A stretch of 63,726 bases of DNA, filler included, from Saprolegnia diclina VS20 (GCF_000281045.1; 22 parts of 18 records of this genome joined end to end with filler, not necessarily neighbours in it); one strand, 5' to 3'; counted from the first letter of the whole stretch, positions 23,038 to 35,987 are shown. The notes: a model not told the origin generated them from the sequence alone. Numbers and translations: made by a program.

Positions 23038-24559
23038 TACCTCGAGCCAAATGCAAAGAGTAACGTTATGTACAAAGTTACCCACCACTCTACGCCTTCC
23101 GGTGCTCCACTGTGTTGTCATTCACAGAGGTGACCGCTCAAGAGATCGACGCGGCAGAATTCATCAGCACATACTNNNNNNNNNNNNNNNNNNNNNNNNN
23201 NNNNNNNNNNNNNNNNNNNTTAATTAATTAANNNNNNNNNNNNNNNNNNNNNNNNNNNNNNNNNNNNNNNNNNNNCATCAAGTACGACGCACCTAGAAGA
23301 GCAAGTTTTACAAGGTTACAAGGTTTTTCCGCTCCCAATCACAATGTGACCGCATTTAGAATGCATAAGCGCACCAAGATTCCAGCATACGACGACGATG
23401 AGTTGGCCCGGACAAGTCTGCGCGCTTCAGCGCAGCGACGGTTGATCGTTGACTTTTGTCTAGGCCAACGCGCCGTCATCGCAATACGTTAATCACGCCT
23501 TGCATTCAATACAAAACATTTTACCAGCTCACCATGCAAGGGACCTGTCTTTCTCTATGCAGAATTGACACCCTGCTTCTAACCGCCTCAAACAGACGGG
23601 ATTGATGTATCGCCATGAAGGTAAAAAAGAACGACAAGTTTCCCTAAAAGCAAGGCAGGGAACCAAATGATAAACAATGATCTCGTGATTTATTTTGTAC
23701 TCCGTAGCGTGAATGCTCCAGGGGCAATTACAACAGAATGCAGTTGAAGCCTCAAGAGTTATTCTAGCTTGCTTGAAGCCCAGCGCCACGAGAAAATGCC
23801 GCTTGGGGGCAACAACTGTGTGGGTGTCCGCCCAGTGGTGATCAAGGCGGGTTAGTTTGACTTATAAACTAGTAGTTTATATTCGTAGATGGCTCGAGTT
23901 CGCTTGTTGTGCGCCTATATAACGTATGTGTACTTTCATACCCTGGCTATGCGTAGAAAACCTCTCTTGCACCTTGTTCTTGGTGTCCACCGTGCCAGTG
24001 GTGGGCAAGGCGCTCCCCATAGATAACGCCACAGGTTGGGACCATCTGAGTTGTGAGGTCGGTGAGAGATTTTTTGTTGATGCTGATGTGTTTTGTGAGT
24101 GCGTACGGTGACTTCTTGCCAATTTTCGGGAGGCCATAGCGCTGCCGTTTCGGAGTTGGTACGTCGAGTCGTTGCTTGAGACTTTTGGGCACGGCGTAGT
24201 CAGATTCTTGATCCCCGCGAGTTGCTTCGCATTGTTGCGTCTCAGTTGTCGAAACGTCGCACAGCGTGGTAGTGATGAATATATGAGCGAGATGATGTTG
24301 TTGTTATGCGCATGATAAGCGAGGTTCCGCATTGTCGAAATCACAGCCACGGTGTGGGTGATAGCTCAATCCGTGGATACACGTCCCGACATGTACGGTC
24401 GGTCTTGGGGCCTTGGATCGTTTGCAATGCATTAGAAGGGATGCGGGCTCCTTTTCCCTAATGTCTTCTTGGTGCTTGAGCGTTTGAATCTTGTCGTCCA
24501 GAAACTCGAGAGCTTGGGAGTTGATGGTCGAGGCTTGCTCGCATCTCTGCGAAGGAGAT

Positions 24560-24890
24560 TGACCGCTCGCTACTGCTGGTTGGCGACGCGCATGCATCCA
24601 GCAGAACGAGATTCGACTGAAGAAGCTCTACATGGAGAACATTGAGCTCACGACGCGCTTGAAGATCGGGAAGGGAGCCATCTTGGTCGAGCACCAAGGA
24701 AGGGCGACGATCAGGCACAAGATTGAGCAGCTACTAAAGTTGAACGCGAGTGAGGCTGAGATTGCAACACTCGTCGAGCAGTACAAGGCACAGTACAGTG
24801 ACTATGGCTACAAGCGCGAGGAGACCATCGCGTTTCATTCACAGCGCGTGCGCGACCCCTTTTTGCCGACGCAGGACATCGAGATGTGGC
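24560..24890 (+). pseudogene. Degenerate fragment of a stramenopile-type bZIP transcription factor
   Basis: ...IQQNEIRLKKLYMENIELTTRLKIGK...YKAQYSDYG...IAFH...LPTQ resembles the zipper and downstream helical region of oomycete bZIPs; basic region frameshifted/decayed. Confidence 0.5.
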
Positions 24891-25920
24891 CGCGGGATCT
24901 TGACAAGCTCCGTAGGACAACAGCGCCGCTTGGTTGTGGTGATAGGCCGCTGGGTGAGCTCCCTTGCGAAGGTGTGCAGGGCCGCGTCCAGCTTGGGGAA
25001 GCTATCCATTCGTGCCAAGCGTGTGTGTTTGCTGACCNNNNNNNNNNNNNNNNNNNNNNNNNNNNNNNNNNNNNNNNNNNNTTAATTAATTAANNNNNNN
25101 NNNNNNNNNNNNNNNNNNNNNNNNNNNNNNNNNNNNNCCGTGGACGGCGCGCTTTGTCGACGATGTCCTGGGCTTGGATATCGTTCTATCGGATTGAAAA
25201 TTGAATCAAATTGGATGCTATCTAACTATCCAAGATCGTTTGCCCACCTCGAATCCAGAAATCGCGATATCCGAGCGAGCGGGAGTGAACGCGTACTAAC
25301 TGTAAGAAAGAACGAGCGAGGACGAGACGATGGGGCTGAAGCTCGTGTCGAGTTTCGACCGAGTGTCAACTTTGTCGGGCCGATACTACCCACTAGTCAC
25401 TAACGTTAACGATTGCACATATATCTTTCCGTGGTCTTGATGCGGCCTCGTACGCATACTCCATTCAAAAGAGACGGTATCCCACGCTACTTTGCCGCAC
25501 CCTTGTAGCGACGAGCGACGTAATCTCGGGCTATTTGCTATTTGCCGCAACATTGAAGGGCCCGAGGCGACGATGTGGCGACAACGGTGGTGGGGACGGA
25601 GCTATATCCTGCGTACTCGCTGGTGTTAGGTCGTCGCACCGGTGTCGACTTTGTATCGCCTCTTATCCAATCGGCATCGCTATGTCACCGACAGAGCTAC
25701 GGTAGTCGCACAACCGACTTCTTCTCCGTGGTTTGAAAGCATCTTAGTCGAGGGTGACAACGCCTCACCCATCGCATAGTCGGCTACTGCGCGTACACCA
25801 TTTCGAACAACGACCTGTCGTTGTTTGTACAGATTCCCAGACACCAAGGGACCCGCGATGGAAATGGCTGCGTGTCTTTCTTCATCCCATTTCCAAACGT
25901 ACCAGCTTGCACGCAAGCGC

Positions 25921-26348
25921 ATGGGTCTCTTCCACCTCATTCTGGCCACGTGTGGCCTCGCGCTCGCCAGTGCCATCGAGAGCAACGAGACTGTCGCCGC
26001 CATCGAAAGCAACCAAACCGTTCAGGCCGAGGTAGTCGTCCATGAACAAATGGCAGTTGACATCGCGTAGGGCGTGACAACACTGGCCAAGAGCAACAAG
26101 ACGTCGGCGCAATGGAAGCCCATGGCCATCGCCCACGGCACGGGCTACTGGAGCGGCCAAATCAAGATCGTCAACAACCTCCCGGCCGTGTGCCCGTACT
26201 CGCAGAACTCGGCGACGTGGTTCTCGCCCAATGGCCGCGGCGACCTCGTCCAAGGTCAAAGCGTGGACCTCGGGCCGTTTTGGGGCTGGTACACGCTCGG
26301 CGTCCAGGAAAACGTCTTTGCCAACTGTGCGTACCCCGGGACGTGTGC
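25921..26348 (+). CDS. Secreted hypothetical protein, two exons (3' partial)
   Basis: Signal peptide MGLFHLILATCGLALASA; phase-0 intron 26032-26070 joins to a Cys/Trp-containing domain. Confidence 0.7.
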
Positions 26349-26584
26349 NNNNNNNNNNNNNNNNNNNNNNNNNNNNNNNNNNNNNNNNNNNNTTAATTAA
26401 TTAANNNNNNNNNNNNNNNNNNNNNNNNNNNNNNNNNNNNNNNNNNNNCTGCTTTTGCAGAGTCGGCCGCAAGATCGCGTTTGCTTGCGTTGGATTGGCT
26501 GTTGAGTACGAACTTTCTGCCAATCCGATCGCGTATCCGGATACAAAATTTAGAAGCTCACAACCCAAGCAGCTGCAACCCAAG

Positions 26585-27879
26585 ATGGCCGAGACCGAGC
26601 GCACGCTGAAGGCCGCCAGCCGCCCTCGCTCTCCCGCATGTCGTCGAGGCCATAGCTACGAGCTTGGACGATTTTGAGAGCTTCCTCCACGCGGTGCCAC
26701 GGTCGTACTGGACGCCGGCGCTCACGGCCTTTCTGGATGTGAGCACGGCCATGCCATCCTCGGTCCGAGCGTACTGGCCGAGCATTGCGCTGCACGACAT
26801 GGACTTGTCACCCGACGTGCTGGCGCGGCTTGCGGCGACGCTACCGCTGCATCCACGTATTAGCCTCGGGTGCCATGTCCGCGACGCAGCGCCGCTGGCC
26901 TCGCTCGTCGCGGTCGTCGGATCTGCGCTAAGCTGCGTCACTCTCGAACTCAGCAGCAAGGGTGTGGCGCACGGCCGAGGCAAAGCGATGAGCGACCTTC
27001 TCTTGCAGCGCTGCCCGCGTCTACGCGATGTGACCATCAAGGTCGAGCCCCGCCGCCGGGCGAACGACCTGGTCGAGCTCAACGATGCGCTCGGTATCGT
27101 CGCCCACCCGCATGTCGAAGTATTCAAGATCAACCTTTTGCACGCGGCCGCCACTCCGCGCCTTGGTCATCTCTTGGCTGCTTGGCTCTCGACGGCGCCG
27201 AGCCGATTTCTCCAAGTGGCCAACGTCGCCGACATGGACCACGATGGCGTCATTGCGTTCTGCGATTGCGCTGCAAGCCAACACGACGCTGCGAGAGCTT
27301 GTTGTCTTTAACGTCCCCAGCCTTGGTGGCTTCCACGGTCGTACGCTCCCCGTGTCGTTGATCACCTTGGAGTGGAAGAGCCACGTCAACGACGACCAAG
27401 CGCTGACGGACCTCGCAACCGCCGTCGGCCGCACGGAGCTCAAGCACCTTGCGTGCAACGTCTTTGGTCAGCTGGCAACACACCCAGCCGCAGCGCCAAT
27501 GCTGTCGCAACTGCAACGGCTCATCGTCTCTGGGTTGAACGCGTATCATACCAAAGTTTTGGTTGTGGGCTTATCGGCGGTCCCAGCGCTAAAGTCTCTG
27601 ACGCTTTGTAATTGCAACCTCGCGTCGTCGATGGAGCTGCTGATGGAGACGCTCGCAACGACGTGCGTGCATCTCGTCAAGCTCCAAGTCCGCGATCCGC
27701 GCCCGACGCGCGATGGGGCCACTGCTGTGTTCACGGGTGTCTTGCGATCGCCCCACTTGACGTCACTGAGCATGTCGATGCGCCTCTCGGACGTTCTCTA
27801 TGTGCTTCCGCAGCTCGTAGCCGCCGGCCGCCAACTCGACGTTCTTAACTTGGGAGTGATCGTTATCGACGACGAGACC
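26585..27879 (+). pseudogene. RNI-like leucine-rich-repeat protein, frameshifted (3' end in gap)
   Basis: LxxLxL repeats (TLRELVV, ALKSLTL, HLTSLSM); frame changes near 26615 and 27266 (FCD/ALQANTTL). Confidence 0.7.
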
Positions 27880-28653
27880 NNNNNNNNNNNNNNNNNNNNN
27901 NNNNNNNNNNNNNNNNNNNNNNNNNNNNNNNNNNNNNNNNNNNNNNNNNNNNNNNNNNNNNNNNNNNNNNNNNNNNNNNNNNNNNNNNNNNNNNNNNNNN
28001 NNNNNNNNNNNNNNNNNNNNNNNNNNNNNNNNNNNNNNNNNNNNNNNNNNNNNNNNNNNNNNNNNNNNNNNNNNNNNNNNNNNNNNNNNNNNNNNNNNNN
28101 NNNNNNNNNNNNNNNNNNNNNNNNNNNNNNNNNNNNNNNNNNNNNNNNNNNNNNNNNNNNNNNNNNNNNNNNNNNNNNNNNNNNNNNNNNNNNNNNNNNN
28201 NNNNNNNNNNNNNNNNNNNNNNNNNNNNNNNNNNNNNNNNNNNNNNNNNNNNNNNNNNNNNNNNNNNNNNNNNNNNNNNNNNNNNNNNNNNNNNNNNNNN
28301 NNNNNNNNNNNNNNNNNNNNNNNNNNNNNNNNNNNNNNNNNNNNNNNNNNNNNNNNNNNNNNNNNNNNNNNNNNNNNNNNNNNNNNNNNNNNNNNNNNNN
28401 NNNNNNNNNNNNNNNNNNNNNNNNNNNNNNNNNNNNNNNNNNNNNNNNNNNNNNNNNNNNNNNNNNNNNNNNNNNNNNNNNNNNNNNNNNNNNNNNNNNN
28501 NNNNNNNNNNNNNNNNNNNNNNNNNNNNNNNNNNNNNNNNNNNNNNNNNNNNNNNNNNNNNNNNNNNNNNNNNNNNNNNNNNNNNNNNNNNNNNNNNNNN
28601 NNNNNNNNNNNNNNNNNNNNNNNNNNNNNNNNNNNNNNNNNNNNNNNNNNNNN

Positions 28654-30436
28654 CATGTCGACGATCATTATCTGACGCGCGACGGGGCCACCGCTGCTCT
28701 CACTGGAAGTCTTGCAAAACACCTTTATTTGCAAATCTAGATTTTTTTTTTTTCGTTTGGTGCGCTAAAAAAGTGATTAAAAATACGCTGTCCAGATGCA
28801 TCCAGTCCGCGTACGCCTCCAAAAAGCGCGCGAACGCGATCCAGTGTGCATCGGATCGCCAGATCGCATTATCTTGGTATTTGTATGGCGAATGGCTCAC
28901 GGCGCTCGAAAAAGCCCAAAGAATTTCAAAGCGTTCATTTCCACTTTCGCCATGCATCAGGTAACGTACCGCATCCCCTTGTGTCGCCGTCGCGTGGCCC
29001 ACGAGAGACGCCGCGCGCTGCACCGTGTCCACCTCACACGGCACCGGAAGGACTCGACCAAGTCTCGCAAGAGCTTGCGCGCCGCAGCAACGTTGACGCC
29101 AAGAGCGAGCTTGGGAGCCAGGGCTGTCCGCCGCGCGTCGCCGCGAAGCACTGTACCTTGGGCAGTCGACGCTCATCGTATTGCTAGGTTGGATGCACGG
29201 CGTCTCCGTCAATGGCGCGTTCTGCTTCTGGAGAGATGGCGAGATAAGCTGCGAGCCATAGTTTACGACTACGGACCCGGCAATCTTGCCGGCGCCGTTC
29301 TGCAATGCGGCGGGCAATAAGGGACGTGCGAGGAGATGGGAGGATCATAAGGATGGCTTGGCAACCTTAGCGATGGACCCCGGTGCACGTCGTGTTGACA
29401 CCGACCGCACTAAACGCTGTTATCAGCACCATACATGAACCTCAACTACCTGCGAGTACTCACGATAGTCAAGAGTAAGAACGTACTTGGCTTGTCGATG
29501 TACTGTCGTCAACGCACCATCGAGACACGTTGCGTAGAGCGTGCGGCTAGCTCGTGCGGCTTGCTTCATGTCGTGGGACAACGGAGAGTTGCGTGTTTAC
29601 TGATTATCTAACGCGGAGAACGAGCTAGAAAAACGCAATTCCGACTTGGGTGGATTTTATGACGTAAGAAAACGCTGCGCTCTCCATCCTCGCGCTCGCG
29701 TTGACGTTGCTCTTCGCGCATCTCGCGTTCGCGCTCGCGCACGTAGAGTTCTCGCTGGCAGTCTGCATCGCGCTCGTCCCGCTTCTCATGGCGCTGAGCG
29801 TTCATGTCCTCGACGCGCAGCATCGAGGCGTCGTCCAGCAACCGATCATGCTACTTCCGCGTCTTCGATGAAGCAATCGATGCTCTGGCGCTTGCGCGCC
29901 GTGGACGACACCAAGCTGCCGGCAGGCGTCATAGCCTGTTCACCAGGAGCAGCAAGTGCTGCGCTAAGCGCCAAGAGCTCTTGAGGTATGGCGCCGGCTA
30001 GATTGGCGCGCGCCTGTAGCGCGAGCTAGGCTGCTGCATTAGTACCGGTAAGCGCGTGTCATTACGCAGCCAACACATCCCCTCTTGTCAGCCAGCTTGG
30101 CAGCCCTCTTCGCGGTCCTCTTCGCATCGCATCCGCCGCGCTGTCGATCTGGGTTGGTCGTCGCCACATACGCATCCAGACACGCACCCAGTTTGCACCT
30201 CTGCGAAGACGATTTTATGGTCTCCGCACATCTGAGCAAATAAAATTTCGCACGCTTTTTGCTATCCAGTTTCCATCTGGATATTATCTGGATTTCCGAA
30301 TAAAGGTGTTTTGCAAGACTCCCACTGGCGTCTTGGGATTGCCCCACATGACGACACTCACCCTCTCGATGTGTCTGCTGGATGTGATGCTCGTACTCGC
30401 GGAGCTCGTTGCTGCGGGCCGCCACCTCCGCCTCCT
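28654..30436 (+). pseudogene. Second LRR paralog split by a transposon insertion
   Basis: 28654-28704 (HVDDHYLTRDGATAALT) and 30324-30436 (TGVLGLPHMTTLTLSM...LVAAGRHL) rejoin to match RDGATAVFTGVLRSPHLTSLSM...LVAAGRQL of the upstream gene. Confidence 0.8.
28705..30323. mobile_element. Non-autonomous PIF/Harbinger-related (Pangu-like) TIR element, 1619 bp, ACT target-site duplication
   Basis: ~37-bp imperfect TIRs GG(A/G)AGTCTTGCAAAACACCTTTATT...; ACT at 28702-28704 and 30324-30326; decayed E/R-rich coiled-coil ORF on the minus strand at ~29650-29850. Confidence 0.8.
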
Positions 30437-30845
30437 NNNNNNNNNNNNNNNNNNNNNNNNNNNNNNNNNNNNNNNNNNNNNNNNNNNNNNNNNNNNNNNN
30501 NNNNNNNNNNNNNNNNNNNNNNNNNNNNNNNNNNNNNNNNNNNNNNNNNNNNNNNNNNNNNNNNNNNNNNNNNNNNNNNNNNNNNNNNNNNNNNNNNNNN
30601 NNNNNNNNNNNNNNNNNNNNNNNNNNNNNNNNNNNNNNNNNNNNNNNNNNNNNNNNNNNNNNNNNNNNNNNNNNNNNNNNNNNNNNNNNNNNNNNNNNNN
30701 NNNNNNNNNNNNNNNNNNNNNNNNNNNNNNNNNNNNNNNNNNNNNNNNNNNNNNNNNNNNNNNNNNNNNNNNTCTACGGCGACATGAGGACGACCGGGAA
30801 CAATCACTACAACGTGGACGATATTGTCTATTACATCGAACGTGT

Positions 30846-31247
30846 CTATCGCAATTGGGCCACAAGGTCCAAGACAACCTGGAGGTTGTACATCTTCTTC
30901 ATAGGCGGCTCGTAGTCGTAGGTGTAGTACCCATCGGGGGCGAGACGCACTGGCAGCGAATGCAGTTCGTGGTGCTTGAGCTTGTACTTGCGAAGGGCCT
31001 CCATGTGCCCAATCTCGTTAAACATTGGCATTTCCATGCACGCCATGCAGAGCTTTTTGCCATAGTGTTCGTTGCGGTCGTCGATCGTGTACAGGCCACG
31101 GACTACAAAACGGCCGCAGTGGTGGCACGTTTTCTTCGCTGCGTGACCGACCACCATCTTGCGGAGCTGCGTGCGCGGCTTGAGTACCTTTGGCTTGACG
31201 CCGCATTGCTCCAGCAAGACGTAGCGCCACACCGACTTGTCCATGGC
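30846..31247 (-). CDS. Small protein with C4 zinc finger and XPA-like C-terminal subdomain, possibly downstream of an F-box (5' partial)
   Basis: CHHC...LCMAC followed by IxxxEAxxKYKLxxxELxxL...MKKMYNLQVV. Confidence 0.55.
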   Translation of the reverse strand, partial: AMDKSVWRYVLLEQCGVKPKVLKPRTQLRKMVVGHAAKKTCHHCGRFVVRGLYTIDDRNEHYGKKLCMACMEMPMFNEIGHMEALRKYKLKHHELHSLPVRLAPDGYYTYDYEPPMKKMYNLQVVLDLVAQLR

Positions 31248-31347
31248 NNNNNNNNNNNNNNNNNNNNNNNNNNNNNNNNNNNNNNNNNNNNTTAATTAAT
31301 TAANNNNNNNNNNNNNNNNNNNNNNNNNNNNNNNNNNNNNNNNNNNN

Positions 31348-31893
31348 GGTAGGTTCCACCGTCGGAGCATCGGTGGGCGACGGCTTTTCGCCGTTGCCTT
31401 CAAGCGGGACGCAGTTCTCTACGCAAAGCCACGAGTATCAGCAACTCGTTCTCCGTCCAGTATGATGCACACGTACTGTAGACTTGCCACATGGGCTCAT
31501 GCAGCGCGAGCCAGTAGAAGCGCAGCATGCAGCCGTCGCCCGAGCAGCTCGAGTAATCGATGGGAAGGTGCGCGGCCGGCTTGGCCGGAAAGTTGGTCGC
31601 GCAGTCGTCGTTCTGGAAGACGCGCTTGTCGTCGAGCCAGACTTCACACGGACCCTAGTACGACAGATCATGAGCATCATCAAACCATGGACACTCCTTG
31701 TATACCGTGTGGCTGGGCACAAACCCTTCGCCCGTGTCGGGATTCTGCCACGTCATCGTGCCGTCTGATGGAATCGACTTCTTGGCGCCGGTCGTGAGCG
31801 TGTTGCCGCAGTCGGGACCTTGCGGGTCGAGCATATCGCGGAGCGTCTTGAATTGGGATTGGGCCTTGAACGCCTTGTTGAAGTTGGCGACGT
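31348..31893 (-). CDS. AA17 lytic polysaccharide monooxygenase (both ends in gaps; two introns visible)
   Basis: GFVPSHT^[26 protein letters not shown]^KNCVPL, then a P/T linker; close paralog of 32695-33477. Confidence 0.85.
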
Positions 31894-32694
31894 NNNNNNN
31901 NNNNNNNNNNNNNNNNNNNNNNNNNNNNNNNNNNNNNNNNNNNNNNNNNNNNNNNNNNNNNNNNNNNNNNNNNNNNNNNNNNNNNNNNNNNNNGATCCGA
32001 GTCTACTGTCGGCAATGCACATGCAGCTTTCTTGAAATACAAAAAAAATGTATTGGTTCATAGACCAAACGAGGAAAGCCTCTTGGCTTTGGGGCAAGAT
32101 ATGATTTGCTCAGCTCTTCACGAAGCAGACGGTCTGAACGATGCCCAGTACGACAATGTGACTAGTTTTTGCAACGAATTGACGACCCAAGGGTGCACAC
32201 AATACTAGGCTGCAGAGTACAAGCACCAGTACATAATATGCAAATGAGGAGTCAGTTGTTCGTATCTATTGACATTCTCATGCAAGGATTTACCGCGACA
32301 TCATACATACACCTGTTTTCCAATCAACTCGCTACGTCGAACTGTTTGATAAATTCAGACAAGACCTGCTTCTAGACTAGCAACAGGTCTTGCGTCATTA
32401 GTAGACTAGACGTTCGAGTCTACTAATAACGTCACACCATCAGGTGGCACGGATCGCATTTGCCTATCGCGCTCGTCACAACGAGTCACATTGCTGTGTT
32501 GAGCGTCGTTGTAACCGTCTGGTTCGAAAATCATATCTCGTCGAAATTACGTGGAGCAGAAAGTCCATGCCACCACTTCGCATACAAGGCTGCTTTCCGG
32601 CGCTAGGAACGTGCAGCGGACGTAGCCAGCTCTACAGTGAGCGCGTGGTCTCGAACCCAGAGTCATTTTCCAAGTTTCTCTCTTGTCGACACCA

Positions 32695-33477
32695 ATGGTG
32701 GGCTTCAACACGCTGCTCTCGCTCCTCTCACTGGCGCTGCCGCTTGTCTCGAGCCACGGCATCGTGTCCAACCCCTTCGCCGAGTTCAAGGCCGACGTCA
32801 TGCACACGACGTACGTGGCCGAAATTCAAGCGTTCCTTCCCGGCAAGTTCAACGGCTCGCCCCGCGACAACGCTGTCAACTTCAACAAGGCGTTCAAGGC
32901 CCAGTCCAAGTACAAGACGCTTCGTGCAATGTTGGACCCGCACGGCCCGGACTGCGGCAACACGCTCACCAACGTTGCCCGAAAGGAGATCCCGAGCAAC
33001 GGCAAGATGACGTTCCAGAACCCCGACACGGGCGAGGGCTTCATCCCGAGCCACACGGGTCCGTGCGAAGTCTGGCTCGATAACAAGCGCGTGTTCCAGA
33101 ACGACGACTGCGCGACCAACTTTCCGCAAAAGCCGGCGGCCAACCTCCCGGTCGACTACTCGAGCTGCGGCGCCAAGGGTTGCATGCTGCGCTTCTACTG
33201 GATTGCTTTGCATTCGCCTCGGTGGCAAGTGTACAGTACGTCTCACGACCTTATTTGGACAGGAACCTTACACAATCCTCTTCGCTCCGTAGAGAACTGC
33301 GTGCCTCTTCTTGGGTATGGCCAAAAGCCAGCCAAGAAGCCAACGGTGCCGATGTGGGGTCAATGCGGTGGTCGCGCTTACATTGGATATACGACATGCG
33401 TGTCGGGCACTCGCTGCACCCGTATCAACGATGGCTACTTTCAGTGCCGCCCGAACCGCCTTCTTCGCGACGAATAA
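32695..33477 (+). CDS. Secreted AA17 LPMO fused to C-terminal CBM1
   Basis: Signal peptide ending VSS then His1 (HG); [20 protein letters not shown]...WQVYKNCVPL after removing the 57-nt intron 33236-33292; CBM1 WGQCGG...C...C...GYFQC. Confidence 0.9.
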   Translation: MVGFNTLLSLLSLALPLVSSHGIVSNPFAEFKADVMHTTYVAEIQAFLPGKFNGSPRDNAVNFNKAFKAQSKYKTLRAMLDPHGPDCGNTLTNVARKEIPSNGKMTFQNPDTGEGFIPSHTGPCEVWLDNKRVFQNDDCATNFPQKPAANLPVDYSSCGAKGCMLRFYWIALHSPRWQVYSTSHDLIWTGTLHNPLRSVENCVPLLGYGQKPAKKPTVPMWGQCGGRAYIGYTTCVSGTRCTRINDGYFQCRPNRLLRDE

Positions 33478-34766
33478 GCGATGAGGGCTGTTGCCTCGAT
33501 GTCAGTGCTGGGCTATGCCATAACATCCTACTAGCGTACTAGTTCTCTACTACCCTATGAATCAATACCAATTTTGCTCGTATTTCTAGTAGGCTTAGAG
33601 AGGGTGCATTGAGACTCGCTCTGCTGTGATCTACAGACGCCGTTTGATCACAATTCTACTTAATGGCGAATCACGTTGTAGAAAAGAGGCGAAAAACGAC
33701 CTTTTTGACCAATCCATGGCGACCAGCGGGATGCGTTGCCGATTNNNNNNNNNNNNNNNNNNNNNNNNNNNNNNNNNNNNNNNNNNNNTTAATTAATTAA
33801 NNNNNNNNNNNNNNNNNNNNNNNNNNNNNNNNNNNNNNNNNNNNCATCGTGCAAGATGGCCCCGCGGACGCGGTCGCTAAAACACGCGGTACGTTCATTG
33901 CGCTCTTTTCTGGGCGACAAGCGACGCTGCATAGTATGCGCGTGGTATCTCGTGGTACGCAAAGCATTCGAAGGTCGGGTGTCACATGTTCGCTGCCTCC
34001 GAGGTACTAGTACGGGCCGAGGACACTCTTGTAGCGCGTGAGCTAATGCTTGAGAACCAGCTGGTCGTGTCGACGATGTTGCCGATAGAGTTGCTCGACA
34101 GTGCAAGGTGGACCTCGGCCGTTCGATTCGAAGTCCATCTGGCGTCGGCGTACGAAGCGAACGCATTGCACATGTGCTGCGTAGACATTAGCTTTGCGCC
34201 GGGCTAGGGTTGCCGTTTCGTCCCTACAAACATCAAGAGAATATATCGTCGGATGAGAAGATTCTGTGGCCGAGGCTTCCGCGGTCCGGCATGGCCAACG
34301 CCAGCGTTTATACTCTGTACAGGACGAAATCGTCGTTGATCCGGTCGATGGACTCGAGGGTGGTACTCCAAAGGTGGTATTCTGACTAGAAAGCAAGCAC
34401 CACTCGGTTGCTCGACTCTGTGCTGGCGTCGGTCGCTCGAGTCTGCTGGTACGGAGAGTCACGTGATACCAAAACGCCAGTAGCACTCGAATTGGAAGGA
34501 ATCTGTAGCCTCGGGCTCATCCTACAAACCACATCACGATGCTCATCATCCTACAAACCACTCCACGATGCTCATCGTGCTGCTACATAAATGTGGCACA
34601 TGGTGCTCATCGTAGTTGGTTGCTAATCGTTGTGCTCCATCCCAAGCTCGACCAAATGTGACTTGTCCATAGTCCAGACTGCTTTTGAAGATTGAAAAGA
34701 GTGATTTTGAAAACACTGTGTTATCTATGCGCAAGGTGCGGACGCTACGTGGAAAGTAAAGGGAAC

Positions 34767-34889
34767 TTATGCTTCGCGGAGGCTGCGAAGCGTGTTGGGG
34801 CGGCACTGGTAGTAGTAGTCGTTTTGCTTTTCACAGCGGGTGCCCGAGACGCACGCCGTCGCGCCGTTGTAGTCCTTGCCACCGCACTG
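34767..34889 (-). CDS. C-terminal CBM1 module (5' partial)
   Basis: [40 protein letters not shown]. Confidence 0.88.
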   Translation of the reverse strand, partial: QCGGKDYNGATACVSGTRCEKQNDYYYQCRPNTLRSLREA

Positions 34890-34989
34890 NNNNNNNNNNN
34901 NNNNNNNNNNNNNNNNNNNNNNNNNNNNNNNNNTTAATTAATTAANNNNNNNNNNNNNNNNNNNNNNNNNNNNNNNNNNNNNNNNNNNN

Positions 34990-35933
34990 CCGAGCGCGAT
35001 CGACACTTGCATCGGCGTACCCGACATCGAGGCCGACACGTCCGACATGACGAGCGTCTGCGTGAGCGTACCCAGAGCCCGCGTCGCCGTCTCCAGAACA
35101 GCCCACTGCGCCTCCAAAAGCTCGTCCTTGGGCTGGCCATTGTAGTAGGCGTCGACGATTTGGTGCGGATAGAGGACCGCCGCGTTGACCTTGGTCTCGC
35201 CCGTCTTGAGGCCGGCCTTCCACGTCGCAAAGGCGTCGGGGAGATGCCGCTCGAACGCATGCTTGGGCTTGCCATGGTTCTTCATCGCGACGCTGGGCAC
35301 CTTGTTCAAGTTGATCTTCTCCCACTCCTTGGCGCACATGAGCGACTCCAGCAGCGTGAGCGACTTGCGCAACGGCGACAAGTACGTCTTGCGCAACTCG
35401 GCCGACCGCACGTTGAGCAGCTTGGCGAGTTTGCCGTTGACATGGTCCTTCTTGTCGGCCTTCTTGTTCTCGGACGGCACCCACTTGGCGCAGAGACTGA
35501 TGGGCTTGCCATCGTGGAGCGCGGCCAGATCCTTCTTGAGTTGCTGCGCAAAGATCGAGAGCGCAAAGGTCTCGGCAGGCGTGCCCACGAGCGCGAGGAG
35601 GTCGTCGTACCGCCCGTAGACGCTGACGTAGTGCTCGAGGTTGTGCAGGAGCGCGCGCGTGTCGTGCGTCGCCAGCCACGCGAGGGCCTGTCGCCCGAGA
35701 AGCCGCTCGCCTTTGCCGCCGCGGATGTCGCGAATGTACGCAATGATCTTGAGCGTATGCAGCGGGTCCTCGGCGTACGAGGCCGTTAGCTTGGCTTCAA
35801 GGGTAGTGAGCGGCGTCCCCCGATTCGCTCCCGCAAAGAGGTCGACGTGGGCGCTGGTCGTCGTCGCGTGGGTCAATGCGCCATTATCCGTCAATGTCAG
35901 TGGCGCTGGCAGCGTCACGGGCATCGTGACCAT
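34990..35933 (-). CDS. DUF2828-family protein (helical domain plus vWA; 3' partial)
   Basis: LTDNGA...VDLF, RDIRGGKGER, YGRYDDL, SLCAKWVPSE, VPSVAM, KVNAAVLYPHQIV, EAQW, and MIDAS-like DVSASM. Confidence 0.88.
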
Positions 35934-35987
35934 GCTCACCACAGCGCAAAATCGAAATTGATCTGTCGAGTGCCACGTTTTAAATGG

